Below, piece after piece: positions 29,754 through 39,870 of a stretch of DNA of 64,000 nucleotides. The position numbers were made by a program, and so were the translations under genes. The notes beneath the pieces were generated by a model that did no database searches, was not told the origin of the DNA, and was given only the letters and a program-made list of their open reading frames with translations. Source of the DNA: Promethearchaeota archaeon (GTDB lineage: Archaea > Asgardarchaeota > Lokiarchaeia > Sigyniarchaeales > SOKP01); the NCBI GenBank assembly GCA_019058445.1, contig JAHPZA010000008.1:1-64000 (forward strand). The letters run 5' to 3'. The number at the start of each line of letters is the position of its first letter. Within the stretch, counting starts at the first letter, position 1.

Positions 29754-31376
29754 ATGCCTATATTAATAAAGAATGGTTTAATAGTTGATGGAACAGGGTC
29801 TCCCGGTTATAAAGCGGATATTCTGATTACCGATGATAAGATTAGTAAGATAGGAGAAAATCTGGATGCAAATGGATGTAAAATAATTGAAGCATCAAAT
29901 AGAGTGGTAGTACCGGGATTTATTGATCCACATAATCATAGTGATCTCAGTCTCTTTCAATCCTATAAAATAGAACCTTTTATAATGCAAGGAGTTACAA
30001 CCCTTGCTATTGGGATGTGTGGACTTGGGATTGCACCAGCTAATGAAAAAGTAGTAGAAAACTATTTTGATTTTCTTAATAAAGCATTTATTTCGACTGG
30101 GGGAATTTACAGAAGTCTTCAAGATTATTTTGATGACATAGAAAGTAAAGGCGGAGTTTCGGCGAATTTGGCATTTTTTATACCACAAGGGAACGTACGA
30201 GCATGTGTATTGGGAGCTGAAGAACGTCCTGCTACAGAAGAGGAAATTAATGCCATGAAAGAGATCGTAAGAGAAAATATGGAAGCTGGAGCCTTCGGGT
30301 TATCAACAGGCTTAGTATATCCTCCAGGTTCAGTCACTCCAACAGAAGAATTAATAGAATTATCGAAAGTAGTTAGTGAATATGATGGGATTTATGATTC
30401 CCATATGAGAAATGAAGGAACATTTGTAATAGATGTTGGAATGAGTGAATTGGTGAGAATAGCGCGAGAAGCAAATGTAAAGGCTCATATTTCTCACTGG
30501 AGTGTAATTGCAAGAAAAGACCTCAAAAAACAGACAGCTAACGTTATTGAATATATGAAAAAAGCGCAAAACGAGGGACTTAAAATTTCTGCTGATGTTA
30601 CGGTTTATCCTGATGGAGCTACAAGTCTATCGTTTATATTGCTCCCTACTTGGGTTTTTGAGAATTTTAAGGAAAACCTTACAAATGAGGATACGAGAAA
30701 GAGAATCGCAGATGAAGTTTTTCAAAAAGTACATTCATTCTTTTTACCAGGAGAACCTGATGAAAGTAAGAGAAGTGCACTTTACGAAGGGTTAAGTAAA
30801 TCTACTGAAATCATTAGTGCAACCCATTCTACTCAAATTGAAGGGCTTTCAATTTATGATACCTTGAATAAACTTTATCCTAATAAAAATATTGAAGATG
30901 CGCTATTAGATTTCATCAGAGATGAAGATGGAGGGATTATGATCCGAGTTCAAACTAAAGACGAGAAAAAGAGTGTAATTCCTATTTTTAAACAGGAATA
31001 TGTATGCCCAAGCTCAGATGGATTCTTGGAAATGGAAAAAAATACTCATCCCCGTTCATATGGTGCCTTTGCACGGATTTTACAGAGATGGGTTAGGGAA
31101 ATGAATATTGTATCTTTAGAAGAGGCAATAAGAAAGATGACATCCTTACCTGCTTCAATACTTTCATTGACGGATAGAGGACTTATTAAAGAAGGTTATA
31201 AAGCAGACATCGTTATCTTTAATATTAACACTATTGAGGAAAAAGGTACAATTGCAAATGGGCGTCAACATCCAGTAGGAATTGATTACGTTATCGTAAA
31301 TGGAGCTATCACTGCTGAAAAAGGCAAGCATACGGGAGCATTAAATGGTCGAATATTAAAGCATAAAAAAAAGTAA
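29754..31376 (+). CDS. N-acyl-D-amino-acid deacylase family amidohydrolase
   Basis: VDGTG, PGFIDPHNH, GMCG, SHMRNE, HISH, SSD, HPRSYG, AIRKMTSLPA. Confidence 0.92.
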   Translation: MPILIKNGLIVDGTGSPGYKADILITDDKISKIGENLDANGCKIIEASNRVVVPGFIDPHNHSDLSLFQSYKIEPFIMQGVTTLAIGMCGLGIAPANEKVVENYFDFLNKAFISTGGIYRSLQDYFDDIESKGGVSANLAFFIPQGNVRACVLGAEERPATEEEINAMKEIVRENMEAGAFGLSTGLVYPPGSVTPTEELIELSKVVSEYDGIYDSHMRNEGTFVIDVGMSELVRIAREANVKAHISHWSVIARKDLKKQTANVIEYMKKAQNEGLKISADVTVYPDGATSLSFILLPTWVFENFKENLTNEDTRKRIADEVFQKVHSFFLPGEPDESKRSALYEGLSKSTEIISATHSTQIEGLSIYDTLNKLYPNKNIEDALLDFIRDEDGGIMIRVQTKDEKKSVIPIFKQEYVCPSSDGFLEMEKNTHPRSYGAFARILQRWVREMNIVSLEEAIRKMTSLPASILSLTDRGLIKEGYKADIVIFNINTIEEKGTIANGRQHPVGIDYVIVNGAITAEKGKHTGALNGRILKHKKK

Positions 31377-31476
31377 ACCCTTCCATTTTTTTCAATAGAA
31401 GTTATGAAACTTAAAAGTAAAAATTTAAAATATTCAAAGTTTCATTAATAATTAAATTTCAGATGAGAGTAGAACA

Positions 31477-32337
31477 ATGGTCATAGATAAGAAATGGTTT
31501 TTAGATAAAATAAAAGGCTTTTTATCTGAAGATGAAAGTAATAAGATAAAAGTTGATGGATCATTTATATTTGATCCCGATGTTTTGGTCGGATTTTGCG
31601 ACGGTCACGATTCAATTTTCGAAGAATATAAGGAAATAATTGGAGATTTTCATCTAACTCCCGTTGAGGCATATACGAAATATTGTGAAAAATATAAGAG
31701 TCCATGTTCCACTGAGAACCTTTCAGTCGTAGCATATATTCTTCCCATCAGCCAGAATACCAAAAAAGAAAACCTTGAATATTCCAAAGAGATGCCAAGT
31801 GAAAGATGGGCACATACTAGATTATTTGGAGAGCAAGCAAATCAAAAACTACAAAAATATTTAGTTGCTGAGTTAAAAAAGCAAGAAATAGATGCAGTTG
31901 CTCCAATGACACAAGGTTATATGTTTAGGATTCATCGCAAGCATAAAAAAGGTGTCTGGGCATCCACGTGGAGTCATAGGCATATGGCTTTTGCTGCTGG
32001 GCTTGGTTCATTTGGGTTAAGTGATGGATTTATAAATGAAAAAGGGATTGCTATGCGATGTGGTAGTCTTATCGTCAATTATGCTCTTCCCTCTGATGCT
32101 GACAAACGACCCACTGATCCATATTATTATTGCACAAACTGCGGATCTTGTATTAAGAGGTGTCCTAAAGGAGCAATCACCTATGAGGGCCGTCATGATA
32201 AGCAGAGTTGCTCGGAACATGTCATGTCAACGATTCCTTACATTAAAAATAATTATCAGATTAATATTTATTCATGTGGATTGTGTCAAGTGGGTGTGCC
32301 CTGCTCAGATGGAATCCCTTCAGCAGAAGATAAGTAA
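31477..32337 (+). CDS. Epoxyqueuosine reductase (QueG)/reductive dehalogenase-like 4Fe-4S protein
   Basis: SHRH.AFAAGLG.FG, CTNCGSCIKRCP, C...CGLCQVGVPC. Confidence 0.75.
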   Translation: MVIDKKWFLDKIKGFLSEDESNKIKVDGSFIFDPDVLVGFCDGHDSIFEEYKEIIGDFHLTPVEAYTKYCEKYKSPCSTENLSVVAYILPISQNTKKENLEYSKEMPSERWAHTRLFGEQANQKLQKYLVAELKKQEIDAVAPMTQGYMFRIHRKHKKGVWASTWSHRHMAFAAGLGSFGLSDGFINEKGIAMRCGSLIVNYALPSDADKRPTDPYYYCTNCGSCIKRCPKGAITYEGRHDKQSCSEHVMSTIPYIKNNYQINIYSCGLCQVGVPCSDGIPSAEDK

Positions 32338-32387
32338 TTTTAAACGAAAATTAAATTTTAATAAAATACAATTAGATGTGAAAAATT

Positions 32388-33620
32388 ATGGGTAAAAATA
32401 TTAAAATTCCATGGGCTGCTTGGAGAGAGCCTGAAAATTTGGAGTTGAACTTTCCTGATTCTTGGGATATTACTGTTTGTAATATGAATGGAACTCCAGA
32501 AGTAAGTGATGAGGATATAAAAAATTCAATATTAAATCCAATAGGAACTCCAACTATATCAGTATTGGCAAAGGGAAAGGAAAAAGTAGTCATAGTCACG
32601 GATGATATGACAAGAACCACTCCTGTCTATAAGATTATGCCATATATTCTCAATGAATTGGAAGGAGTGGGTATAAACAAAGATCAGATTACAATTCTTC
32701 TAGGAATTGGTGCACATAGACCAATGGATCGTCATGATTGTATCTTGAAGTTGGGAAAGGAAATTGTCGACACGATGAGAATTGAAAATCATCATCCTTA
32801 CGAGAATTTAATCGACCTTGGAGTTTCTGGGATAGGGACACCAATAGATGTCAATAAAACATATTATAATGCTGATTTGAAAATCGCAGTGGGAGGTGTA
32901 ATCCCCCACCCTCTCGCAGGTTTTGGGGGTGGTGCTAAAATTGTGTTACCAGGGGTTTGTGGTATTAGAACTCTTGAGGGAAATCACAAAGCAGGTATGG
33001 AAGGGAAAGGTGCTGGGATTGGAAGAATGACAGGAATCAGAGAAGATATCGAAGAAATTGCAGGAAAAGTAGGATTAGATTTTTCTGTGAATGTAGTTTT
33101 CACTGAAGAGGGACAAATTGGAGGAATCTTCTCAGGACATTTCAAAGATGCTCATAAAAAGGCAATGGACTTAGCAAAACAGGTATATAGCACAAAGGTT
33201 ACATTAGATAATCAAATCTGTTTTTTTAATTCATGGCCCGAAGATTCAGAGCTCAACCAAGCTCAATATAAAGCCTTAAATTTTTTAATGACTGCGCCGA
33301 ATAAATTGATTAATCGGGATGGAGCTATGGTGTTAATGTCATCTTCCTATGAGGGACGAGGATATCATAGTTTAGTGTCTGAAACTGGTTCAAAACTCTA
33401 TCATAACGCCGGAGATGGGATAGCATGGAAAGCCTTTGTAAAGAAGAGAAAAGTATACTTTTATTCTCCCAATGTAAATAAATATGACATTTATCATTTT
33501 TATCCAAAGAGCGTAAAATTGTTCAATGAGTGGGATCCACTTATCGAAGAATTAGAGAGTATATATGGTAATTCTCCTAAAACAGCAATATTGCCAACTT
33601 CTATGCAATTGGCAGAATAA
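32388..33620 (+). CDS. LarA-family nickel-pincer racemase/epimerase
   Basis: DDMTR, GAHR, PHPLAGFGGGAK, NH: the NPN-binding Lys/His and catalytic His positions are retained. Confidence 0.85.
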   Translation: MGKNIKIPWAAWREPENLELNFPDSWDITVCNMNGTPEVSDEDIKNSILNPIGTPTISVLAKGKEKVVIVTDDMTRTTPVYKIMPYILNELEGVGINKDQITILLGIGAHRPMDRHDCILKLGKEIVDTMRIENHHPYENLIDLGVSGIGTPIDVNKTYYNADLKIAVGGVIPHPLAGFGGGAKIVLPGVCGIRTLEGNHKAGMEGKGAGIGRMTGIREDIEEIAGKVGLDFSVNVVFTEEGQIGGIFSGHFKDAHKKAMDLAKQVYSTKVTLDNQICFFNSWPEDSELNQAQYKALNFLMTAPNKLINRDGAMVLMSSSYEGRGYHSLVSETGSKLYHNAGDGIAWKAFVKKRKVYFYSPNVNKYDIYHFYPKSVKLFNEWDPLIEELESIYGNSPKTAILPTSMQLAE

Positions 33621-33683
33621 TATTTTTATTTCTTCTTTTATTTCCTTTTTTATTTGGGAGATTAGCACAAAATTACCAGCTAA

Positions 33684-35045
33684 TTACATTTCTTCTCGTA
33701 ATTTGAGAATTTTCTTTCGTAGTTTTTTAACTCCAGAATCATCCCCACTATAAATTAAAAATCCTTCATGTAATTTCAAAGCTTTTTGATAATAATATAT
33801 CGCATTGATAGAATCTTTATTTTTTTCTGCATTTTCTGCAGCTTCTAAAGCAAAGTCTAATTCCACTTGTTTAGCTTTTTTCTCGGTTTCAAAAAGCAGG
33901 CTCGAGATCTTGTTGATTTCATCCTTTAATTTGAATTTTTTTGCTACAATAAGCGCTTTATTATACTCCTTTTGAGTGATATCAAATGTTGAGGACTTTT
34001 CAGCTGTTTTACCCCTTTTAATAAGATTTTTAATTAACTTTTTTGCTCCTACTTCATTTAAGTCCTCCATCTGCTTTTCTAGCTTAGTTATATCATCATC
34101 GCTTATAATGATTGAAGAAATAGGCTTAATCTTCATCGCTCGTTTTTGATTAGCTTCCTGGCGAACTTCTAGGTTAGAGATCACGGTTTCCAATTGCATT
34201 GGAACGATTATATCCTTATTTAAAAGCTTGTAAATTCCCTGGAGGATTACTTTAGCTTGAATATTTGCAATTTTTTTGACTTTGTCAATCAGAGTATTTA
34301 TATAGAAAAATGATTTTGAACTTAGAGTATCTCTTGCAAGATTAATAATTGCATTTTGAACAGGATCGTTATTAATCTCTTCCAAATACTCAGGTGGGAT
34401 CGCATACGCTAAGGTCATAGGAAATACAAGATTAATGTTGAATGATCTAATGATAAACTCTGCCATAGATTTGGAACTAAAAGCTCCAGAGTTCTTATAA
34501 ATCGCAAGTTGTTCTTTAAATTGAATTTCAAATTCTTGCAAAAAATGTGAGACAAGATTTTTCATATGTCCTGAGGATTTATGGTCAAGGATTAATACTA
34601 TTCTGATATAATCTCCGTTCTTTAGCAACATATTGAATTTTTTATATTGTAGTTCATAAAATGGGTGTTCTAAAGCTGAAACTGAATCTTCACTTAACCC
34701 TTTGCTTGATTCAGAAAAAGTTATGTTTGCCTGAATGAATCCACTTAATAATTCAACTTCTATATCAACAGCAGAAACAGGATAATTTAGAAGAGCTATA
34801 CCGGACTCTATATCCATTAGAATTATATGCTTAATATTTAAAACATCTAAGAAAATCTGCCATATTTTATCTCGTTCTACTTGAAGTCGTTTTTCATCCA
34901 CACTTGTAATCTGCATCTCTGGACTGATTTCAAATCCCATTTTTTCTAGTTTATTTATTATGCATTCTTTACAGAGTTTCGGGGCTTTAGAACAATTTGA
35001 TAAACCACAATCGAATTTTAAACCATTTATGATAAACGTTGCCAT
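33684..35045 (-). CDS. Cys4 motif + longin-like + winged-helix + helical-repeat protein
   Basis: C-x4-C-x6-C-x2-C; longin-type pattern IILMD.ESGI.L...ELLSGFIQA; wHTH ending IYKLL.KDIIVP; TPR-like C-terminus (AIYYYQKAL). Confidence 0.7.
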   Translation of the reverse strand: MATFIINGLKFDCGLSNCSKAPKLCKECIINKLEKMGFEISPEMQITSVDEKRLQVERDKIWQIFLDVLNIKHIILMDIESGIALLNYPVSAVDIEVELLSGFIQANITFSESSKGLSEDSVSALEHPFYELQYKKFNMLLKNGDYIRIVLILDHKSSGHMKNLVSHFLQEFEIQFKEQLAIYKNSGAFSSKSMAEFIIRSFNINLVFPMTLAYAIPPEYLEEINNDPVQNAIINLARDTLSSKSFFYINTLIDKVKKIANIQAKVILQGIYKLLNKDIIVPMQLETVISNLEVRQEANQKRAMKIKPISSIIISDDDITKLEKQMEDLNEVGAKKLIKNLIKRGKTAEKSSTFDITQKEYNKALIVAKKFKLKDEINKISSLLFETEKKAKQVELDFALEAAENAEKNKDSINAIYYYQKALKLHEGFLIYSGDDSGVKKLRKKILKLREEM

Positions 35046-35394
35046 TTCATTTATTCACTTGAATTTTAAAATAAAAAATAAAAAATATTCTCAAAAATAC
35101 CCAAATTAACGCAATAATTTAGAGCATCATTTAAATTGTAATAAATTATGAAAATTTAAGTTTTGAGTTCTAAAAAATTAGAACATTGATAGACTTTAGA
35201 GTTCCATCGTAACCGATAGTTGAAATGGAAAAAATTAATTTCCGCTAGTAGCTGGTTAAAATTATTCATAATTCAAATTAGTAATGAAACTAAAATGAGG
35301 AAAAAAGAAGAAGTTATGAATAAGCGAACTAAATAGGTGATTAAAGTGATTAAAAATATATTAAATGATAAAAAAGAAAAAAATTTATACTCAT

Positions 35395-36673
35395 TTATTT
35401 TATATCGCTTAAATCTACACCTTTTGTTTCTGCACCATAAAGAAAATTTAAAGGTATTAGCAAAAATAATAAGAGTGCGTAGATTATAAAAGTAGTTCCT
35501 AACCCATAAAATAAGATTAAAGCACTGGCGATTAAGAGTCCAAACGTGATACCAAGAGCATTTAATAAACTTCTAAATCCTAAAGCTGTGCCTCTTTTCT
35601 CCGTGGGTACCAACTCCAATGTAGTCACTCGAAAAATCCCTAATAATCCCCAATAACATACATGAGTTAATGCATATCCTATTTGAACAAGGATATATGC
35701 ATAGGGAGTGAGAGCTCCCCATACCCACATCATAACTGAAATCGGCATTAATGCGGCCCATATATATAATAAAGGTTTTCTTCCGATTCTATCTGCTAAA
35801 ACACCATTTATGGTATAAGCAACTAAAACTGCCAAGATCGTCCATAAAAAAATCAGAGTAATTTGAGATTGACTAAGACTACCCACATCCGAAATATATT
35901 TTTCGAATAGACCTAAATAGATGGTGCTAGCCCCGTAAATTGCACTCATTATTAAAATAGCGGTGTATGGTTCGATTTTCGGTCTTGAAAATAGATTTTA
36001 CCTCATTTAGAAACGATTCTTCTTTTATTGGTTTCTTAATCCCCTCTTTCTTCATCATTTCATATTTCTCTGTCTCCTTAATCGTTAAAAGTATAATTAT
36101 GCAGAGAGGAATACCTAAGAGAATCGGAAAAACCATCATCATTCGCCAATTTGATGTAGTATCTGTAATATATATACTGCGTAAAATTACCATGATAACA
36201 GCACCCACTAATCCTCCAACTAAAAGAATACTAGTAAAGAACATTCGTTTTTCTTTTTTTGATTCTTCATTTATATAGAGAAACCATATATCGGAAAGTT
36301 GAAAAAAATTCAACAGAAAAACAAAGATTACATATTGGACGTAATTCTGCGAAATAATGATCAATAAGCTAGCAATTGCCATACCAGCCACGGTAATCGC
36401 TAACATAATTTTTCTCCCGATTCTATCCGCCGCATATTGATTAAAAAAGATTAAATAAGCACCTACAGACGCAATACTCCCCCCCAAAGCCATAATGGCA
36501 TTTTGCTCATTTACAGAATAATCACTTAAAAATTCTTCAGCAATTTTAGAAGGAAAAGCCCCCACAACTACAGTTGCATAACTATCAAGAATTTCAACTA
36601 GAATTAATATTATTATCAAATAAATAAAATACGCTTTGGTTCTAGATTTTAAATTAGAATTTGTTGGATCCAT
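35395..36673 (-). pseudogene. Frameshifted MFS transporter (ORFs 35927-36673 and 35395-35949)
   Basis: Each half has one ADRIGRK motif. The frame changes near 35970 (…ENR then PYTAILIMSA…). Confidence 0.85.
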
Positions 36674-36862
36674 ATTAAATCATTTCACTTTTATCTTTAA
36701 AAATCTTCGCTATAATCGAAAATATGTAATGTTGGTCCTATTTTGTTTTGTCATAAAGGGTTTAGATATAATGAGAAAACTAAACAATATTTCTTAAATA
36801 AATTAAAATTAACTCAATTATAAACATAATATGTTATTATTATAATCTAGGTAGAATCAAAA

Positions 36863-38536
36863 ATGAGCGATAAAGAAATTGATTTGAAAAAAAGGAGTAA
36901 GGAGATATTTGAAGTTATAAAAAATACGACATTCTATTATGCTCCAAGAGGGATTATAATGGGTGTAGGCCTTGAGGAAAAAGAGATTCATAGTAAACCT
37001 TTTATTGGAATTGTAAATACTTGGAACGAGATTAATCCTGGTCATATGCATTTAAGGCAATTGGCTGAAGCAGTTAAGCTAGGCATTGCTGAAGGGGGCG
37101 GAATTCCTCTTGAGTTTAATACTGTAGCACCTTGTGATGGGTGGGCAAATGCAAATATAGGAATGCGTTTTATCCTCCCTCAAAGAGATATAATTGCTGA
37201 TTCAATTGAAGCTATGGTTGAAGCTCATCGACTTGATGCTATAGTCACACTCTCTTCCTGTGATAAAATTAATCCCGGAGTTTTAATGGCCGCAATTCGA
37301 CTGGATATTCCCACAGTATGCGTACCAGGAGGACCTAATCTGTTTGAAGTAGCTTTTACTCCTGGCTATAAAGGAGTAGATGTGAAGAATTATGATGACT
37401 TTCAAAGCAAAACAATGTGTATATCTTGTGCGACTGCTGGAGCTTGTGAATTTATGGGGACCGCCAATACTACCCAATGTCTCATGGAAGCGTTTGGGAT
37501 GACATTGCCCAATGCAGCAACGACACCTGCATTTACTAGAATGAAATATGTAATTGCTAAAAATTCAGGAAGAAGAGTAATGGAATTATTAAAGAAGGGA
37601 ATAACAGCCTCGCAGATAATGACCGAAAAATCTTTAGAAAATGTTATGACGATCGATGCGGCGATTGGTGGTTCGACGAATGCCGCTCTTCATATACCAG
37701 CAATAGCCTATGAAATGGAAATAGATTTTGACATCGAACTTTTTAATGAATATAGCAAGAAAGTGCCTATGATTGTAAATACTTCCCCTTCAGGAGAATA
37801 TGGAGTTGTTGATTTATATAATGCCGGGGGCATTCCAGCAGTAATGAATAGAATAAAGGATCATTTAAATTTAGATTGTATGACTGTATCAGAAAAGCCT
37901 ATAGGGAAGCTCATAAGAAGAGTAAAAATCATGGATGATAGGGTGATTAGACCTTTAGATAATCCCGTCTTTCCTGAAGGAGGGACTGTTATCTTAATAG
38001 GTAATTTAGCTCCTGAATGTGCTGTTGTAAAACAATCTGCAGTAGGAAGAAAGGATTTACTAAAATTCGAGGGTCCTGCAAAAGTATTTAATTCTGAAAA
38101 AGACGCCCTTATTGCATTATCAAAACATGAAATCAAAAATGGAGATGTAGTTGTAGCTCGATATGAGGGACCCAAAGGAGGTCCTGGGATGCCTGAACTA
38201 GTTGCTCTCACCTCTAATCTTATGATTAGACAGGACATGACCGATTATGTATTAATCACCGATGGTAGGTTTTCAGGAGCATCTCAAGGGCCTTGTATAG
38301 GCCATGTCAGTCCTGAAGCATATGTAGGTGGTCCAATTGCTATAGTTCAAGAGGGTGATATTATAAAAATAGATATTCCAAATAAAAGTCTAAATATAGA
38401 TCTTTCCGAGGAAGAAATAAAGAGAAGATTTGAGAATTGGAAACCATATGAAAGAGACATTAAGAGTAAAACCTTGCTAAAATATAGAGCATTAGTGACT
38501 TCAGCGGCAAAAGGTGCCATTTTAAAATTTGATTAA
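36863..38536 (+). CDS. ilvD: Dihydroxy-acid dehydratase (IlvD/EDD family)
   Basis: NEINPGH.HL, CDG, CDK, GAC..MGTANT, GGSTN, GNLAP, RYEGPKGGPGM, TDGRFSG, GHVSPEA. Confidence 0.92.
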   Translation: MSDKEIDLKKRSKEIFEVIKNTTFYYAPRGIIMGVGLEEKEIHSKPFIGIVNTWNEINPGHMHLRQLAEAVKLGIAEGGGIPLEFNTVAPCDGWANANIGMRFILPQRDIIADSIEAMVEAHRLDAIVTLSSCDKINPGVLMAAIRLDIPTVCVPGGPNLFEVAFTPGYKGVDVKNYDDFQSKTMCISCATAGACEFMGTANTTQCLMEAFGMTLPNAATTPAFTRMKYVIAKNSGRRVMELLKKGITASQIMTEKSLENVMTIDAAIGGSTNAALHIPAIAYEMEIDFDIELFNEYSKKVPMIVNTSPSGEYGVVDLYNAGGIPAVMNRIKDHLNLDCMTVSEKPIGKLIRRVKIMDDRVIRPLDNPVFPEGGTVILIGNLAPECAVVKQSAVGRKDLLKFEGPAKVFNSEKDALIALSKHEIKNGDVVVARYEGPKGGPGMPELVALTSNLMIRQDMTDYVLITDGRFSGASQGPCIGHVSPEAYVGGPIAIVQEGDIIKIDIPNKSLNIDLSEEEIKRRFENWKPYERDIKSKTLLKYRALVTSAAKGAILKFD

Positions 38537-38720
38537 TAAAAGAAACAAAAATAATTTCCTATCTATATATGAAGCAATATTTAATATATTGAATTTTTTT
38601 AAATTTTGATAAAAAATAAAAATCTTTTTTTATAAAATTGATTAGCTAAGACTTAAATAAAGCTAATTTCATGTTAAGTTTAGCAATCATGGATTTTAAA
38701 GTACGAGAATATCAAGGTCT

Positions 38721-39854
38721 ATGCTAATTAACCTTAGGGAAATCTATCTAATAGGGGTATTTTATTCAATTGTTATCGGATATCAATTATCTGCTTATTT
38801 TTTTTTACAATATTATAGATATAAAAAAGTAAACCTAAGTTACAATAAAACTCTTCGAATTTATGGTTTAACTACATGTATACTTCTAATGGCATATGTA
38901 TTTCAGACAATACGAGAATTTTATATTACAAAACTCTATTTAAATGAGTTATTCCTAAGAATTAGTATTACCATAATGTTAATTGGAATTGCTCATTTTC
39001 TATTTTCAATATCATCAAAACCCTTTACAGAGATTATGAATTTCATTCCTATTAGAATTACACTCATCTATGTCATTATAGTGATACTGATTCTGCCTTT
39101 TATTAATATATTTTCAGTGATGTTTCTAGTTTTTATTTACACCGGTATGTTGAGTGGTTTTTACGTAATATATTTCCAAGTGAAACTTATTAAGCTTACT
39201 ACTGGGAAGGTAAAAAAAAGTCTTATCTTATTTACAGTAGGATTATTCTTTGCTCTTAGTGGGGTAATGATTTATAATCCTATAATATATGAACGATCTG
39301 AAATGCTTTTTAGTCTAATTTCAATTTTTATGATTCTTACTGGAATAACAATTGATTTCATAGGAATTTACAATTTTCCTGCATTTCTTGAATTCCATTG
39401 GCAAGATAATTTACTTAAGCTATATATCTTTGAAAAGAAAAAATTTAGAGTTCTTTATTCGTTAGACTTTATAACTTTTGATATGAATGGCACTCTTACT
39501 AATGAAGTCAATTCTCCTATCACAAAGAGTATAGAACAACTGTTTTCAAGAGGTATTACAGGAATCGAACAAGTAACAACTCATTTTTTAAATTCAAAGG
39601 AAGAAAAGATTTTAAAAATAAAACAAGGCGATTCTTATATCCTTTTAGAATATGGAGACCCTCCTTTATCTAATATAACTTATGGATTATTAGTTAGGAA
39701 AGATATGCACAGTTTAATGTACTTTTTAGAAAAAATTAAGAATCAATTCCAAGATAAATACAAGTATCTTTTATCCAATTTAGAACTAATTGAGGGAAAT
39801 GAAGAGAAATTTTTTTTGAATTTTATAAATAATATAAAAACAGCTTTAAAATGA
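38721..39854 (+). CDS. 7TM protein with C-terminal longin/roadblock-like domain
   Basis: Seven TM segments, linker FPAFLEFHW, soluble domain LYIF..VLYS...QLFSRGITGI...IKQGDSYILLE...L.YFL..IK..F. Confidence 0.7.
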   Translation: MLINLREIYLIGVFYSIVIGYQLSAYFFLQYYRYKKVNLSYNKTLRIYGLTTCILLMAYVFQTIREFYITKLYLNELFLRISITIMLIGIAHFLFSISSKPFTEIMNFIPIRITLIYVIIVILILPFINIFSVMFLVFIYTGMLSGFYVIYFQVKLIKLTTGKVKKSLILFTVGLFFALSGVMIYNPIIYERSEMLFSLISIFMILTGITIDFIGIYNFPAFLEFHWQDNLLKLYIFEKKKFRVLYSLDFITFDMNGTLTNEVNSPITKSIEQLFSRGITGIEQVTTHFLNSKEEKILKIKQGDSYILLEYGDPPLSNITYGLLVRKDMHSLMYFLEKIKNQFQDKYKYLLSNLELIEGNEEKFFLNFINNIKTALK

Positions 39855-39870
39855 AAATTATCAAGCAACA

